From positions 64,683 through 128,682 of the forward strand of contig JAKQTR010000040.1 of the NCBI GenBank assembly GCA_029562975.1: a DNA stretch of 64,000 nt, written 5' to 3'. The position numbers were made by a program, and so were the translations under genes. How positions within the stretch are numbered: the stretch's first letter is position 1; each line of letters begins with the position of its first letter. Source of the DNA: Acidobacteriota bacterium. GTDB lineage: Bacteria > Acidobacteriota > Vicinamibacteria > Vicinamibacterales > JAKQTR01. The notes beneath the pieces were generated by a model, which was not told the DNA's origin, made no database searches, and worked only from the letters and a program-made list of their open reading frames with translations. Positions 46,578 to 54,670 of the stretch are shown in pieces.

Positions 46578-48222
46578 GCGGCAGCCGGAAGCCGCGTCCG
46601 AGGCGCGGAACGTCGGGCGCAAGACGCGCCTGATCGTGCTCCCGCCGGCGCATCCGAACACCGACGCGATTGCGCGGGACAGCGCGATCGCCCGCGGCGA
46701 GGCGAGCAAGGTGGACGTCCTGCTGGTCAACCCTCCCTCGCCCGACGGCGCGGTCTGGATCCGCTCGCAGCACCGGGTCGGCCGCCGCTCGCGCGAGAAC
46801 ATGCTGTGGCCGCAGGTTTCGCTCGCCCAGATGGCGGCCCTGCTCCAGCCGACCTACTCGATCAGGATCATCGATGCGATTGCCGAGCGGATGGACTACC
46901 GGGCCTTCGAGGACATCCTGCGCCGCGAGCGCCCGCGCTACTACGTGACGCAGCTCACCGGACCGACGCTCCAGTCCGACATGTACGGCGCGTTCCTCGC
47001 CAAGGCGAACGGCGCGACGACGATCGCGTTCGGGACGCACATCACGCCGATGCCGACCGAGACGCTCCGCCCGTTTCCCGCGCTGGACTACGGCCTGCGC
47101 GGCGAGCCGGACCTGACGCTCTGCGACCTCATCGACCACCTCGAGGGCCGGCAGTTCGATCGCCCGGCGCTCCTCGAGCCCCTCTTCCGGAAGCACGACC
47201 CGCTGTACCAGCCGAGGGCGCTCGCGACGCTCCCGGACGGAAGCCCGGACCTCTCCGGCGTGCGGGGGCTCGTCTGGCGGCGGGGCCAGGAGATCGTGGT
47301 CAACCCGGATCGGCCGTTCATCGCCGACCTGGACGACCTTCCGATGCCGCTGCATCACCTGCTGCCGTTCAACCGCTACCTGATGCCGCTGCTCAAGGGG
47401 CCGTTCACGTTCATCGTCACGAGCCGTGGGTGCCCCGCCGGATGCACGTTCTGCATCAAGCACGTGAGCTACGGGCCCACCATGCGGATGCGGTCGCCCT
47501 CGAAACTGGTCGAGGAACTGCAGGTGCTCGACACGCTCGGCGTGCACAACATCCATATGTACGCCGACCTGTTCACCGTCAACCGCGACCAGGTCGTCGG
47601 GCTGTGCCGCGGCATCCTCGAGGCGGGCCTGCGGATTCGCTGGACCTGCAACAGCCGGGTGGATTTCGTCGACCGCGAGATGCTCGAGCTGATGGCTCGA
47701 TCGGGGTGCCATTTCATCTCGTGGGGGCTGGAGTCCGGCAACGCGAAGATCCTGGCCCACGCGCGGAAGGGCGTCGATCCCGACCGCGCGCGCCAGTCGC
47801 TGACGCTCGCCCACGAAGCGGGCATCAGGAACTGGGGCTACTTCATCATCGGCCTGCCGGGCGAGACCGAAGAGACGATCCGCCAGACCATCGCCTTCTC
47901 CAAGAGCCTTCCGCTGGACATCGCCCTCTTCCACATCGCGGCGCCGCATCCGGGCACCCCGTTCTTCCACGAGGTCGTCAGGAACGGGTGGTTCCGCAAG
48001 GGCGTCCGGTGGGAGGAGGTCGACATGGACGAGTCGACGGTGCTGGACTACCCGGGCCTTCCGGCCGAGCGGCTGGAGTACTGGCAGAAACGGGCGTTCC
48101 GCGAATGGGCCATGCGTCCTGGTCCGATGCTGACGTACCTCAGGATGGTGCTGTCCGACACGCGGACGGTCAAGTCCGCCCTGAGCGTCGGGCTGCAGCA
48201 CCTGGGCTGGGCGAAGCGGTGA
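46570..48222 (+). CDS. B12-binding-domain radical SAM protein (class B radical SAM)
   Basis: The GTG at 46570 overlaps the upstream stop by 8 nt. The N-terminal 'VLLVNPPSP..' is a B12-binding-like Rossmann region. CX3CX2C motif 'CPAGCTFC' at nt 47431-47454. 'GLESGN' further downstream. Confidence 0.8.
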   Translation: MGERQPEAASEARNVGRKTRLIVLPPAHPNTDAIARDSAIARGEASKVDVLLVNPPSPDGAVWIRSQHRVGRRSRENMLWPQVSLAQMAALLQPTYSIRIIDAIAERMDYRAFEDILRRERPRYYVTQLTGPTLQSDMYGAFLAKANGATTIAFGTHITPMPTETLRPFPALDYGLRGEPDLTLCDLIDHLEGRQFDRPALLEPLFRKHDPLYQPRALATLPDGSPDLSGVRGLVWRRGQEIVVNPDRPFIADLDDLPMPLHHLLPFNRYLMPLLKGPFTFIVTSRGCPAGCTFCIKHVSYGPTMRMRSPSKLVEELQVLDTLGVHNIHMYADLFTVNRDQVVGLCRGILEAGLRIRWTCNSRVDFVDREMLELMARSGCHFISWGLESGNAKILAHARKGVDPDRARQSLTLAHEAGIRNWGYFIIGLPGETEETIRQTIAFSKSLPLDIALFHIAAPHPGTPFFHEVVRNGWFRKGVRWEEVDMDESTVLDYPGLPAERLEYWQKRAFREWAMRPGPMLTYLRMVLSDTRTVKSALSVGLQHLGWAKR

Positions 48223-49895
48223 TCGGGCGCCGCGCCCCTGCCCTTGCGCCCACCGACCTTCCCGTCCTGTTCCTGCTCTGCAGTGCTCTTGCGGCCGTCT
48301 GGCCGGCCTTCGACCGCGCCTCGGGCTGGCGCGGCGCCGCGGCGGTGGCCGCCGGGGCCCTGGTGTATGCCGCCGCGTCGCGCCTGAGGGCGGCGGGGCC
48401 GGCCTGGCGGGCCCTCGGCGGAGCGAGCGTCGTGGCCGGTGCGGCGCTTGGAGCGTACTTCATCTTCCAGTTCCCGCGCCTCGGCTACGCAGAGAAGTCC
48501 GCCGTCGTCGAGCGCGCGGCGGCATGGCTGGGCTCGGGTGCGCCCGCGTTCGGCCACTGGGCGCCGGATCGCAACTCTGTCGCGACCTGCCTCGAAGGCC
48601 TCGTGTTCCTCGGTGTGGCGCTGGCCTCGACGCGCAAAGGCCGGCTCGCGCGTGTCCTCTGGGGTGCGGCGGTCGCGATCGCGGCGGCCGCGATCGCGCT
48701 CTCGGCGTCCCGCGGCGCAGCGCTCGCCGTTGCCGCCGCCGGGACGGTCTGGGCCGCCATCCGCCTGAAGCCCGTCGCGGCTCGGCCCGCGCTGGCGAGC
48801 TTCCTGGTCGCGCTGCCGCTCCTCTCCGGCCTGGTGTGGCTTGCCGCCGTCGTGTGGGAGCCGGGCGCGGCGGCAGGCCTCGAGACGGTGTCGCCGGCGC
48901 TGGACAGGCCGGACCGCGTCGCGCTCTATCAGCAGAGCGCCTGGCTCATCCGGGACGCTCCCTTCACGGGGATCGGGATCGGCAGCCAGTTCGCCATGAG
49001 CCTGTCGCGCTACGCGCTCCTCATCCAGGTGCCGTTCCTCACCTACTCGCACAACCTCTACCTGGAGACCTGGCTCGAACTCGGGCTCGCCGGCGCCGCC
49101 GCGCTCGTCTGGCTGGTCGCCGCGTACGCCGCCGGATTCAAGGCAATCCCCCAGATCAGGCATGGCGCGCTCGCCCAGGGCGCCGGGTGCGGGGTGCTCG
49201 CCGTGCTGCTCCACGGACTGGTCGACGCGAGGCCCTTCGTCGATTCGTGGAGCGGTCTTCCGGTGTTCGTGCTGCTCGGCCTCTTCGCGTCAGCCGTCTC
49301 GGCGGCGGAGACCCCTCCGATGCGGCGGCGGCGGCGCCGGGTTTCGGCCGCAGCCGTGTGCGGGTTCGTCCTGTGCGCGCTGATCGCCGTCCGGCCGGCG
49401 GCGTCGTCGTGGCACGCCAACCTGGGTGCGGTGGCGCAGGCGACGGCCGAGTTGAGCGCGGACGCCTCGGACGCGGAACGCCGGACCGCCCTGCAGGAGG
49501 CCGAACGCCGTTTCCATCAGGCGCTGGGCGGCGCCCCGGAGCAGGTCACGGCGAACCTGAGGCTCGCACTCATCGACATGGACGACGGCCGCTTCGGCCT
49601 GGCCGTGACGCGGGCCGAAACGGCCTGGCGCGGCGCGCCGAACACCCTGCGCACGCGGAAGGCCTTCGGCCTCGCCAGCATGTGGACTGGGGACCTTGAC
49701 CGCGCGCGCGTCCTGCTCGAATCCGTGCCCGGCATCGTCGCCGAACTCAACGCGTGGGGCTGGTGGAGGCAGGACCGACAAGAGCCGTCGCTTGCCCTGC
49801 GCGCCTACCGGACCTCCCTGCTCCTCGACCCCGGCCAGACCGACGTGCGCCGTGCCGCGGAGTCCCTGGCCCGGGCCGGCTCGGGCGACAGGTGA
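48219..49895 (+). CDS. second O-antigen ligase/Wzy-like membrane protein with C-terminal TPR-like soluble domain
   Basis: The GTG at 48219 overlaps the upstream TGA as GTGA. Multiple TM segments. 'FTGIGIGSQF..SHNLYLETWLELGLAG' (Wzy_C-like). Helical repeats follow after the final TM segment. Confidence 0.65.
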   Translation: MIGRRAPALAPTDLPVLFLLCSALAAVWPAFDRASGWRGAAAVAAGALVYAAASRLRAAGPAWRALGGASVVAGAALGAYFIFQFPRLGYAEKSAVVERAAAWLGSGAPAFGHWAPDRNSVATCLEGLVFLGVALASTRKGRLARVLWGAAVAIAAAAIALSASRGAALAVAAAGTVWAAIRLKPVAARPALASFLVALPLLSGLVWLAAVVWEPGAAAGLETVSPALDRPDRVALYQQSAWLIRDAPFTGIGIGSQFAMSLSRYALLIQVPFLTYSHNLYLETWLELGLAGAAALVWLVAAYAAGFKAIPQIRHGALAQGAGCGVLAVLLHGLVDARPFVDSWSGLPVFVLLGLFASAVSAAETPPMRRRRRRVSAAAVCGFVLCALIAVRPAASSWHANLGAVAQATAELSADASDAERRTALQEAERRFHQALGGAPEQVTANLRLALIDMDDGRFGLAVTRAETAWRGAPNTLRTRKAFGLASMWTGDLDRARVLLESVPGIVAELNAWGWWRQDRQEPSLALRAYRTSLLLDPGQTDVRRAAESLARAGSGDR

Positions 49896-49904
49896 CCGGC
49901 GTCG

Positions 49905-49926
49905 CCGGCTGGCGGGAGCCAGCCGG
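49905..49926. terminator. hairpin between convergent operons (CCGGCTGG-cgggag-CCAGCCGG)
   Basis: An 8-bp perfect stem with a 6-nt loop lies between the stops at 49895 (+) and 49953 (-). There is no U-tract. Confidence 0.35.
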
Positions 49927-49952
49927 CCGCTCGGTATCGAACGGCCCGGGCG

Positions 49953-52220
49953 CTAGCCCTGACGGTAGTACCTCTCGTACTCCGGATTGTAGTAGCGCGC
50001 GTAGTAGTAGCGGTTGCGCCTGAGCTGGACCCGGTTCAGGACGGCCCCGAGGATCTTCCCGTCCGACGAGTCCAGCTCGCCCAGCGCGGCCTGCGCCGCG
50101 CCGCGCGCCGTGGCATCGGCCCCCACGACGAACACCACGCCCGACACGGCATCGGCGATCAGCGTGGCGTCGGTCACGGCCATGACGGGCGGGCAGTCGA
50201 TGATGACGTAGTCATAGTCCGAGCCGGCGCGTTCGATCAACTGGCGGAAGAGCGGAAGGATCAGGAGTTCGGCCGGGTTGGGCGGCGCCTCCCCGGATGG
50301 GAGGACGTCGAGGCCGCGCTCGACGCCGCGGCAGATGCTCTGGCCCGGGTGCGCCCGCGACGCCAGCACCTCCGACAGGCCAGGCTGCTGTCTGAGCCCG
50401 AAGATCTCGTGAACCTGGGGGCGCCGCATGTCCGCGTCGACGAGCAGGACGTGCCGATCGGCCTGGGCGAGCACCACCGCGAGGTTGCACGCCATGGCCG
50501 TCTTCCCTTCCTGCGGGCTCGTGCTCGTGATGGCGATCGACGTGGCGCCCCGCTTGGCGGCGGCAAGCATGAGGCCCGTGCGAAGACGGCGCATCGACTC
50601 GTTGAAGTCGGCCGACGATCGCTTGCCGACCAGCGGCATCTCGTGGTCGAGAACCTTCGACTCGACCGCGGGGATGAGGCCGAGAGACGGCAGATCGAGG
50701 TAGGCGCGGATTTCCTCCGGGGACTTCAGCCTAGTGTCCGCGAGTTCGGCCCCGAACACGAGGCCGAGCGCCAGCACGGCGGCGCCGAGCAGGCTCAGGA
50801 ACAGGCTCCTGCCGCGCTGGGGCCTCACCGGGGCCGTCGGCCGGACGGCCGCTTCGACAACCCGGAGGTTGCTGCTGCTCACAGCGGCCACGAGCCCGGT
50901 TTGCTTCGCCTGCTGCAGCAGGGAGTCCAGCACCTGCCGGTTGGAAGCGGCATCCCGCTCCAGGCTGCCGTACTCGATCCCGACGCGGCCCAGGTCGAGC
51001 GCCTGGCGCTTCTGGGCCTCGAGCGCGGCGGTCAGGCTTCGCTCCTGCGCCTGCGCGGCCAGGTAGTCGTTCCGGACGGCCTCGACCGTCTTCGCAATCT
51101 CGCTTTGCAGCCGGCTTTCGGCCGCCTGCAGCGCCATGCGCACGCGGACCATCTCGGGATACCGCTCGCCGTAACGCTCCGCCAGCTGGCTGTGCTCCTT
51201 CTGCAAGTCGGCGACCTGGGCCTTCAGCTGCTGGATGTAGGGGTTCGACAAGATCAGAGGAAAGGTGTCAAGGGCCGCCTGGCTGCCCTGAAGGGCCGCG
51301 AGCTGGGTGTACAGGCCCTCTTTTGCGAGGCGATCGGTCTTGGCGCGCGTCAAGGCGGCGTTCAGGTCCGCCAGCTTCTGCACGACGATGTTCTGGCGGT
51401 CGTCGAGAGCGACCGCTCCATGCTCTTCCCGGTACTTCTGGAGCGCCGCCTCGCTCGCGTCCACTGCAGCCCGCTGCTCCGAGAGGCGCTTCTCCAGCCA
51501 CTCGGAGGCGTGCCGGGCCGACTGGTATCGGGACTCCAGGTCCTGGTCGATGGCGAGCCGCGCCAGCGCGTTGGCGACCTTCGCGGCCAGGGCCGGGTCC
51601 TGCGACTGGAACGCGATGTCCACGAGGCGGCTGTTCTCGATCGGCCTGACGGACAGGCGCGCGAGCAGCGCATCGACGAGGGGCGACGCCTGGTCCGCGG
51701 GCGCAGCCTGGGCGGCCGCCGGAGGGGCCGAGCCGCCGAGGAGACGCCGCACGGCGGTCTGGGCCCGCCGGAACGCCCCGCCCGGCGACAGCGGGTCGTC
51801 CGGTCTCGTGAACGCCGGCTCCTGCCAGAGCTTCAGCTCCTCGATCGTGCGCTGCGCCAGGGCGCGGTTCCGCAAGACCTCGTACTGCGTCTCGAGCGCG
51901 CGCGGGCTCAACGCGTCGGATGCCGTCCGGCTGTCGCCGAACGCGATTGGCGTCGAGGCCGTCGGCTCGATCATCAAACGCGCGCGCGCCTCGTAGATGC
52001 TCGGCGACGCGAGCACCCACAGCAGCGCCGGGAGCACGACGGCCAGAAATGCCCCGGCCGCCAGCCACCGCCGCTTCTGGACGACGCCAAGATAGGCAAC
52101 GAGGCTGTCATCGCCGCTTCTCGGAGCGCGGCTTCGGACGCGCGCGCGGAAATCGTCCGCGGGCCGTCCGGTCGCGGGGGAAGCCGCGCCTTGCGCGTCA
52201 GCGGGTTCGAGTGGTGGCAT
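49953..52220 (-). CDS. polysaccharide co-polymerase / BY-type tyrosine autokinase (Wzc/GumC/EpsG-like, PCP-2a)
   Basis: ATG at 52220. An N-terminal Wzz-like TM plus coiled-coil region. Walker A 'SPQEGKT', A' 'LLVDADMRRP', B 'VIIDCPP'. Tyr-rich tail 'RYYYARYYNPEYERYYRQG'. Confidence 0.85.
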   Translation of the reverse strand: MPPLEPADAQGAASPATGRPADDFRARVRSRAPRSGDDSLVAYLGVVQKRRWLAAGAFLAVVLPALLWVLASPSIYEARARLMIEPTASTPIAFGDSRTASDALSPRALETQYEVLRNRALAQRTIEELKLWQEPAFTRPDDPLSPGGAFRRAQTAVRRLLGGSAPPAAAQAAPADQASPLVDALLARLSVRPIENSRLVDIAFQSQDPALAAKVANALARLAIDQDLESRYQSARHASEWLEKRLSEQRAAVDASEAALQKYREEHGAVALDDRQNIVVQKLADLNAALTRAKTDRLAKEGLYTQLAALQGSQAALDTFPLILSNPYIQQLKAQVADLQKEHSQLAERYGERYPEMVRVRMALQAAESRLQSEIAKTVEAVRNDYLAAQAQERSLTAALEAQKRQALDLGRVGIEYGSLERDAASNRQVLDSLLQQAKQTGLVAAVSSSNLRVVEAAVRPTAPVRPQRGRSLFLSLLGAAVLALGLVFGAELADTRLKSPEEIRAYLDLPSLGLIPAVESKVLDHEMPLVGKRSSADFNESMRRLRTGLMLAAAKRGATSIAITSTSPQEGKTAMACNLAVVLAQADRHVLLVDADMRRPQVHEIFGLRQQPGLSEVLASRAHPGQSICRGVERGLDVLPSGEAPPNPAELLILPLFRQLIERAGSDYDYVIIDCPPVMAVTDATLIADAVSGVVFVVGADATARGAAQAALGELDSSDGKILGAVLNRVQLRRNRYYYARYYNPEYERYYRQG

Positions 52221-53059
52221 CAGAACAACCTCGTGAGGACCATGACCGTGTCGCCGGCCCTGACGCGGTCGTCGAGCTTGGCGGAGCGCTCGGTCTTCTT
52301 GCCGTTGTCGATCCGGATGATCCTGACTCGCTTCGTCGAGCCGAGCCGCGTCACGCCTCCCGCGAGGGAGATCGCCCGCAGGACGGTCATGTCCTTCTCC
52401 ATCCCGTACCGGCCCGGGCTGTTGACCTGGCCGAGGACGTCGATCGTCTCGGCCCGGGGCACGAAGACCGTGTCGCCGTCGCGAAGCTCGATGTTGTCAG
52501 AGACCGCGCCGACCTGGAGCTCCTGGATGTTCACCCGGCGGATCTCGGTCGTGCCTGGCGCGCCGGGCAGCAGGGGCCCTGCGTCCTGGCCCGGGCGCGC
52601 CGGTCTCAGCAGCAGCAGATCTCCGCCCGCCCGGTCGGTCATCGATCCGGCCCGGGCGAGCGCTTCGAGCAGGGTGGTCGTTCCCGTCAGCGCGACAGGC
52701 CCCGGCGTGCCGACCTCCCCGATCACGAACACCCGCTGGCTGCGGTACTCGACGACCTCGACCGTCACTTGGGGGTTCTTCAGCAATCCGTCCGACAGTC
52801 GCGAGCGGAGCTCCGCCTCGATGGCGCGGACGGTCAGGCCCGCGACGCGCACGCGCCCGACCAGCGGGAACTGGATGTCGCCGTCCGCTCCGACGACGTA
52901 CTTGCCGGACATCGCGGCCTCTCCCCAGACCGAGACGGACAGCACGTCGGGCGGCCCGACCGTGTATTCCGCCTGCTGGAAGGCCGCCGCAGGGGATGCG
53001 TACGCCAGCATCGCTGCCAGCGCGAACAGCAGGTGACGCTTCATGGTTCGGTTCTTCAT
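52220..53059 (-). CDS. short outer-membrane polysaccharide export (OPX/Wza-like) protein without a lipobox and without a C-terminal membrane helix
   Basis: ATG at 53059 (or 53044) with a signal peptide containing no Cys. Poly_export motif 'PPDVLSVSVWGE..YVVGADGDIQFPLVGRVRVAGLT' plus an SLBB-like 'LRDGDTVFVP'. Its stop shares 1 nt with the Wzc start. Confidence 0.8.
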   Translation of the reverse strand: MKNRTMKRHLLFALAAMLAYASPAAAFQQAEYTVGPPDVLSVSVWGEAAMSGKYVVGADGDIQFPLVGRVRVAGLTVRAIEAELRSRLSDGLLKNPQVTVEVVEYRSQRVFVIGEVGTPGPVALTGTTTLLEALARAGSMTDRAGGDLLLLRPARPGQDAGPLLPGAPGTTEIRRVNIQELQVGAVSDNIELRDGDTVFVPRAETIDVLGQVNSPGRYGMEKDMTVLRAISLAGGVTRLGSTKRVRIIRIDNGKKTERSAKLDDRVRAGDTVMVLTRLF

Positions 53060-53065
53060 GGGTAG

Positions 53066-54340
53066 TCAGCGCTCGTCGGGCAACGGCCGATCGAGCCGCT
53101 GGAGTCTGTCCGAGCCGTACGCCAGAAACGCGATGACACGCCACTTGTCGTAGGGGAGGCCGCCTCGAGAGACCGTGCGCGACGCGTTCACGCCAATCCG
53201 GGTGACCGCGCCGATGCGGCACGTCAGGCCGCCGCCGAAGTCGTGCCGCGTACGGTCCCAGCCGGCGTGCGACGGGAGCCCGGCCCGGCGGTAGTCGAGG
53301 CCGCTGATGCCGCCGAATGCGGCGATCTCCCAGTTGTCGAGCACCGTTTGCACGTACTTGGCGCTTGCCGAGTTCAGGAGATAGTACCCCAGGCTTTCGG
53401 CGTACGAAAAGTACGGCTGCCGCTCGACGGCGACAATGAACCGGGTGCGCGTCTCCCGGATGTAGGCCAGATGGGCCGCCGCCACGACGCCGTCGAAATC
53501 CAGGGAGTCCGAGTGCGGAGAATCGAACCGGCGGTACGCGACCAGCGCGGACCCCGAGATGAGGGCCGGGCTGGCGAAGGACACGCCCGCGCCGGCCTGG
53601 AGGCTGTTGCCGTCCCGCTCCGGGCTGAACTCGAACCGGTCGCGGCCCAGCTGCAGCGACAGCGAAACCGCCGTCAACGGAGTCAGGGCCATCGACACGC
53701 CCAGCTCGCCCGTGCCGACGGTGCGGTTCAGCGATTCGCGCAGGTTCGAGCCGCGGTACTGCGCCGCCGCGTCCCAGTTGATCCGCAGCCATCGGCCTTC
53801 GGCCAACAGGGCCGTGCGCTCGCTGAGCGACCAGGACAGGCTCCCGCGAATCTCGTCCTCGATCCGGCGCGAGCGCTCGCCGATCTCGAAGCCGGTCGGG
53901 CGGGCGAAATGGTTCCGGTGGGAGGCGCTGATCCTCGGCTCGAGGATGGCGCCGGGAAAGCGGAGCGACAGGCCGTTGAAATGGTTGAACGTGCGGATCG
54001 GCCGCTGCACGCGGTAGTTGATGAACTCGGCGGCGCTGACGCCGTTCAGCAGCAGCCTGCCCGCCCGGTACCAGGCTTCGACTTGCGGGACGGTCACGAG
54101 CTCGTAGTCGGCGATCGCGCCGGGCTCGCTCGTGACATTCGTGTCGTACCCGCCCGTGACGAAAAACGCGGGTGTGAACGAGAAGCTCCCGAGCTGGAAC
54201 CTGCCTTCCTCCGACGGGTCGAGGTACGCCCCCTGGCCGTACGCCGGAGACGGAGGGCCGAACACGACCGCAGCCGCAAGGGCGAGCGCGCCGAAACCGC
54301 GGCGCCGGGAGACAAGGCTCACTCGGGCGCGTTGATGCAT
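53066..54340 (-). CDS. EPS-associated outer-membrane beta-barrel protein
   Basis: I preferred ATG 54340 (MHQRARVSLVSRRRGFGALALAAAVVFG.. signal peptide); GTG 54322 is an alternative. The sequence is beta-strand-rich with alternating hydrophobicity. It lies 6 nt upstream of the OPX gene. Confidence 0.6.
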   Translation of the reverse strand: MHQRARVSLVSRRRGFGALALAAAVVFGPPSPAYGQGAYLDPSEEGRFQLGSFSFTPAFFVTGGYDTNVTSEPGAIADYELVTVPQVEAWYRAGRLLLNGVSAAEFINYRVQRPIRTFNHFNGLSLRFPGAILEPRISASHRNHFARPTGFEIGERSRRIEDEIRGSLSWSLSERTALLAEGRWLRINWDAAAQYRGSNLRESLNRTVGTGELGVSMALTPLTAVSLSLQLGRDRFEFSPERDGNSLQAGAGVSFASPALISGSALVAYRRFDSPHSDSLDFDGVVAAAHLAYIRETRTRFIVAVERQPYFSYAESLGYYLLNSASAKYVQTVLDNWEIAAFGGISGLDYRRAGLPSHAGWDRTRHDFGGGLTCRIGAVTRIGVNASRTVSRGGLPYDKWRVIAFLAYGSDRLQRLDRPLPDER

Positions 54341-54351
54341 GAAACGAGCCA
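54336..54351 (-). promoter_or_regulatory. weaker sigma54-type match upstream of the barrel-OPX-Wzc operon
   Basis: The minus strand reads TGGCTC-GTTTC-ATGCA with exact GG-N10-GC spacing. The -12 element overlaps ATG 54340, so it only makes sense if translation starts at GTG 54322. Confidence 0.25.
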
Positions 54352-54637
54352 GGCTGGGGAGAAACGCCCGGACTGTTCGATCTCGTTCATGGAGCGGCAT
54401 TTCATTCCTGCAGCGACGGGATCCTCTCCGATAACCCCGAGCTTGTACCGAGTTGCGGTGACTATTGTCTTCCCGATCGGGACATGTGCCGACAGCACAA
54501 GCCACCACGCGAAGTAATCTCGAAATCCGCTGGAAGCCCAGCCGAGGCGCCTCGCGGGGAGTCTGCTAGAGTTCTTTCGGGCGAAATGCCAGGCTCGTTC
54601 AGCCCAGGACCGGCGCCCAACCCTGGGGGATCCGGGC

Positions 54638-54653
54638 TGGCAGGCGCCTTGCG
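54638..54653 (+). promoter_or_regulatory. candidate sigma54 (-24/-12) promoter of the tandem CelD-like gene
   Basis: TGGCAG-GCGCC-TTGCG with exact GG-N10-GC spacing. It is intergenic and correctly oriented, with the GC 19 nt before ATG 54671. Confidence 0.5.
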
Positions 54654-54670
54654 ACGACTGGTTCCGAGAG

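Noticed and set aside
46570-48222. B12 radical SAM enzyme as a RiPP maturase
   Set aside because: No small precursor-peptide ORF, protease or transporter is adjacent. The gene overlaps a GT2 upstream and a Wzy-like gene downstream.
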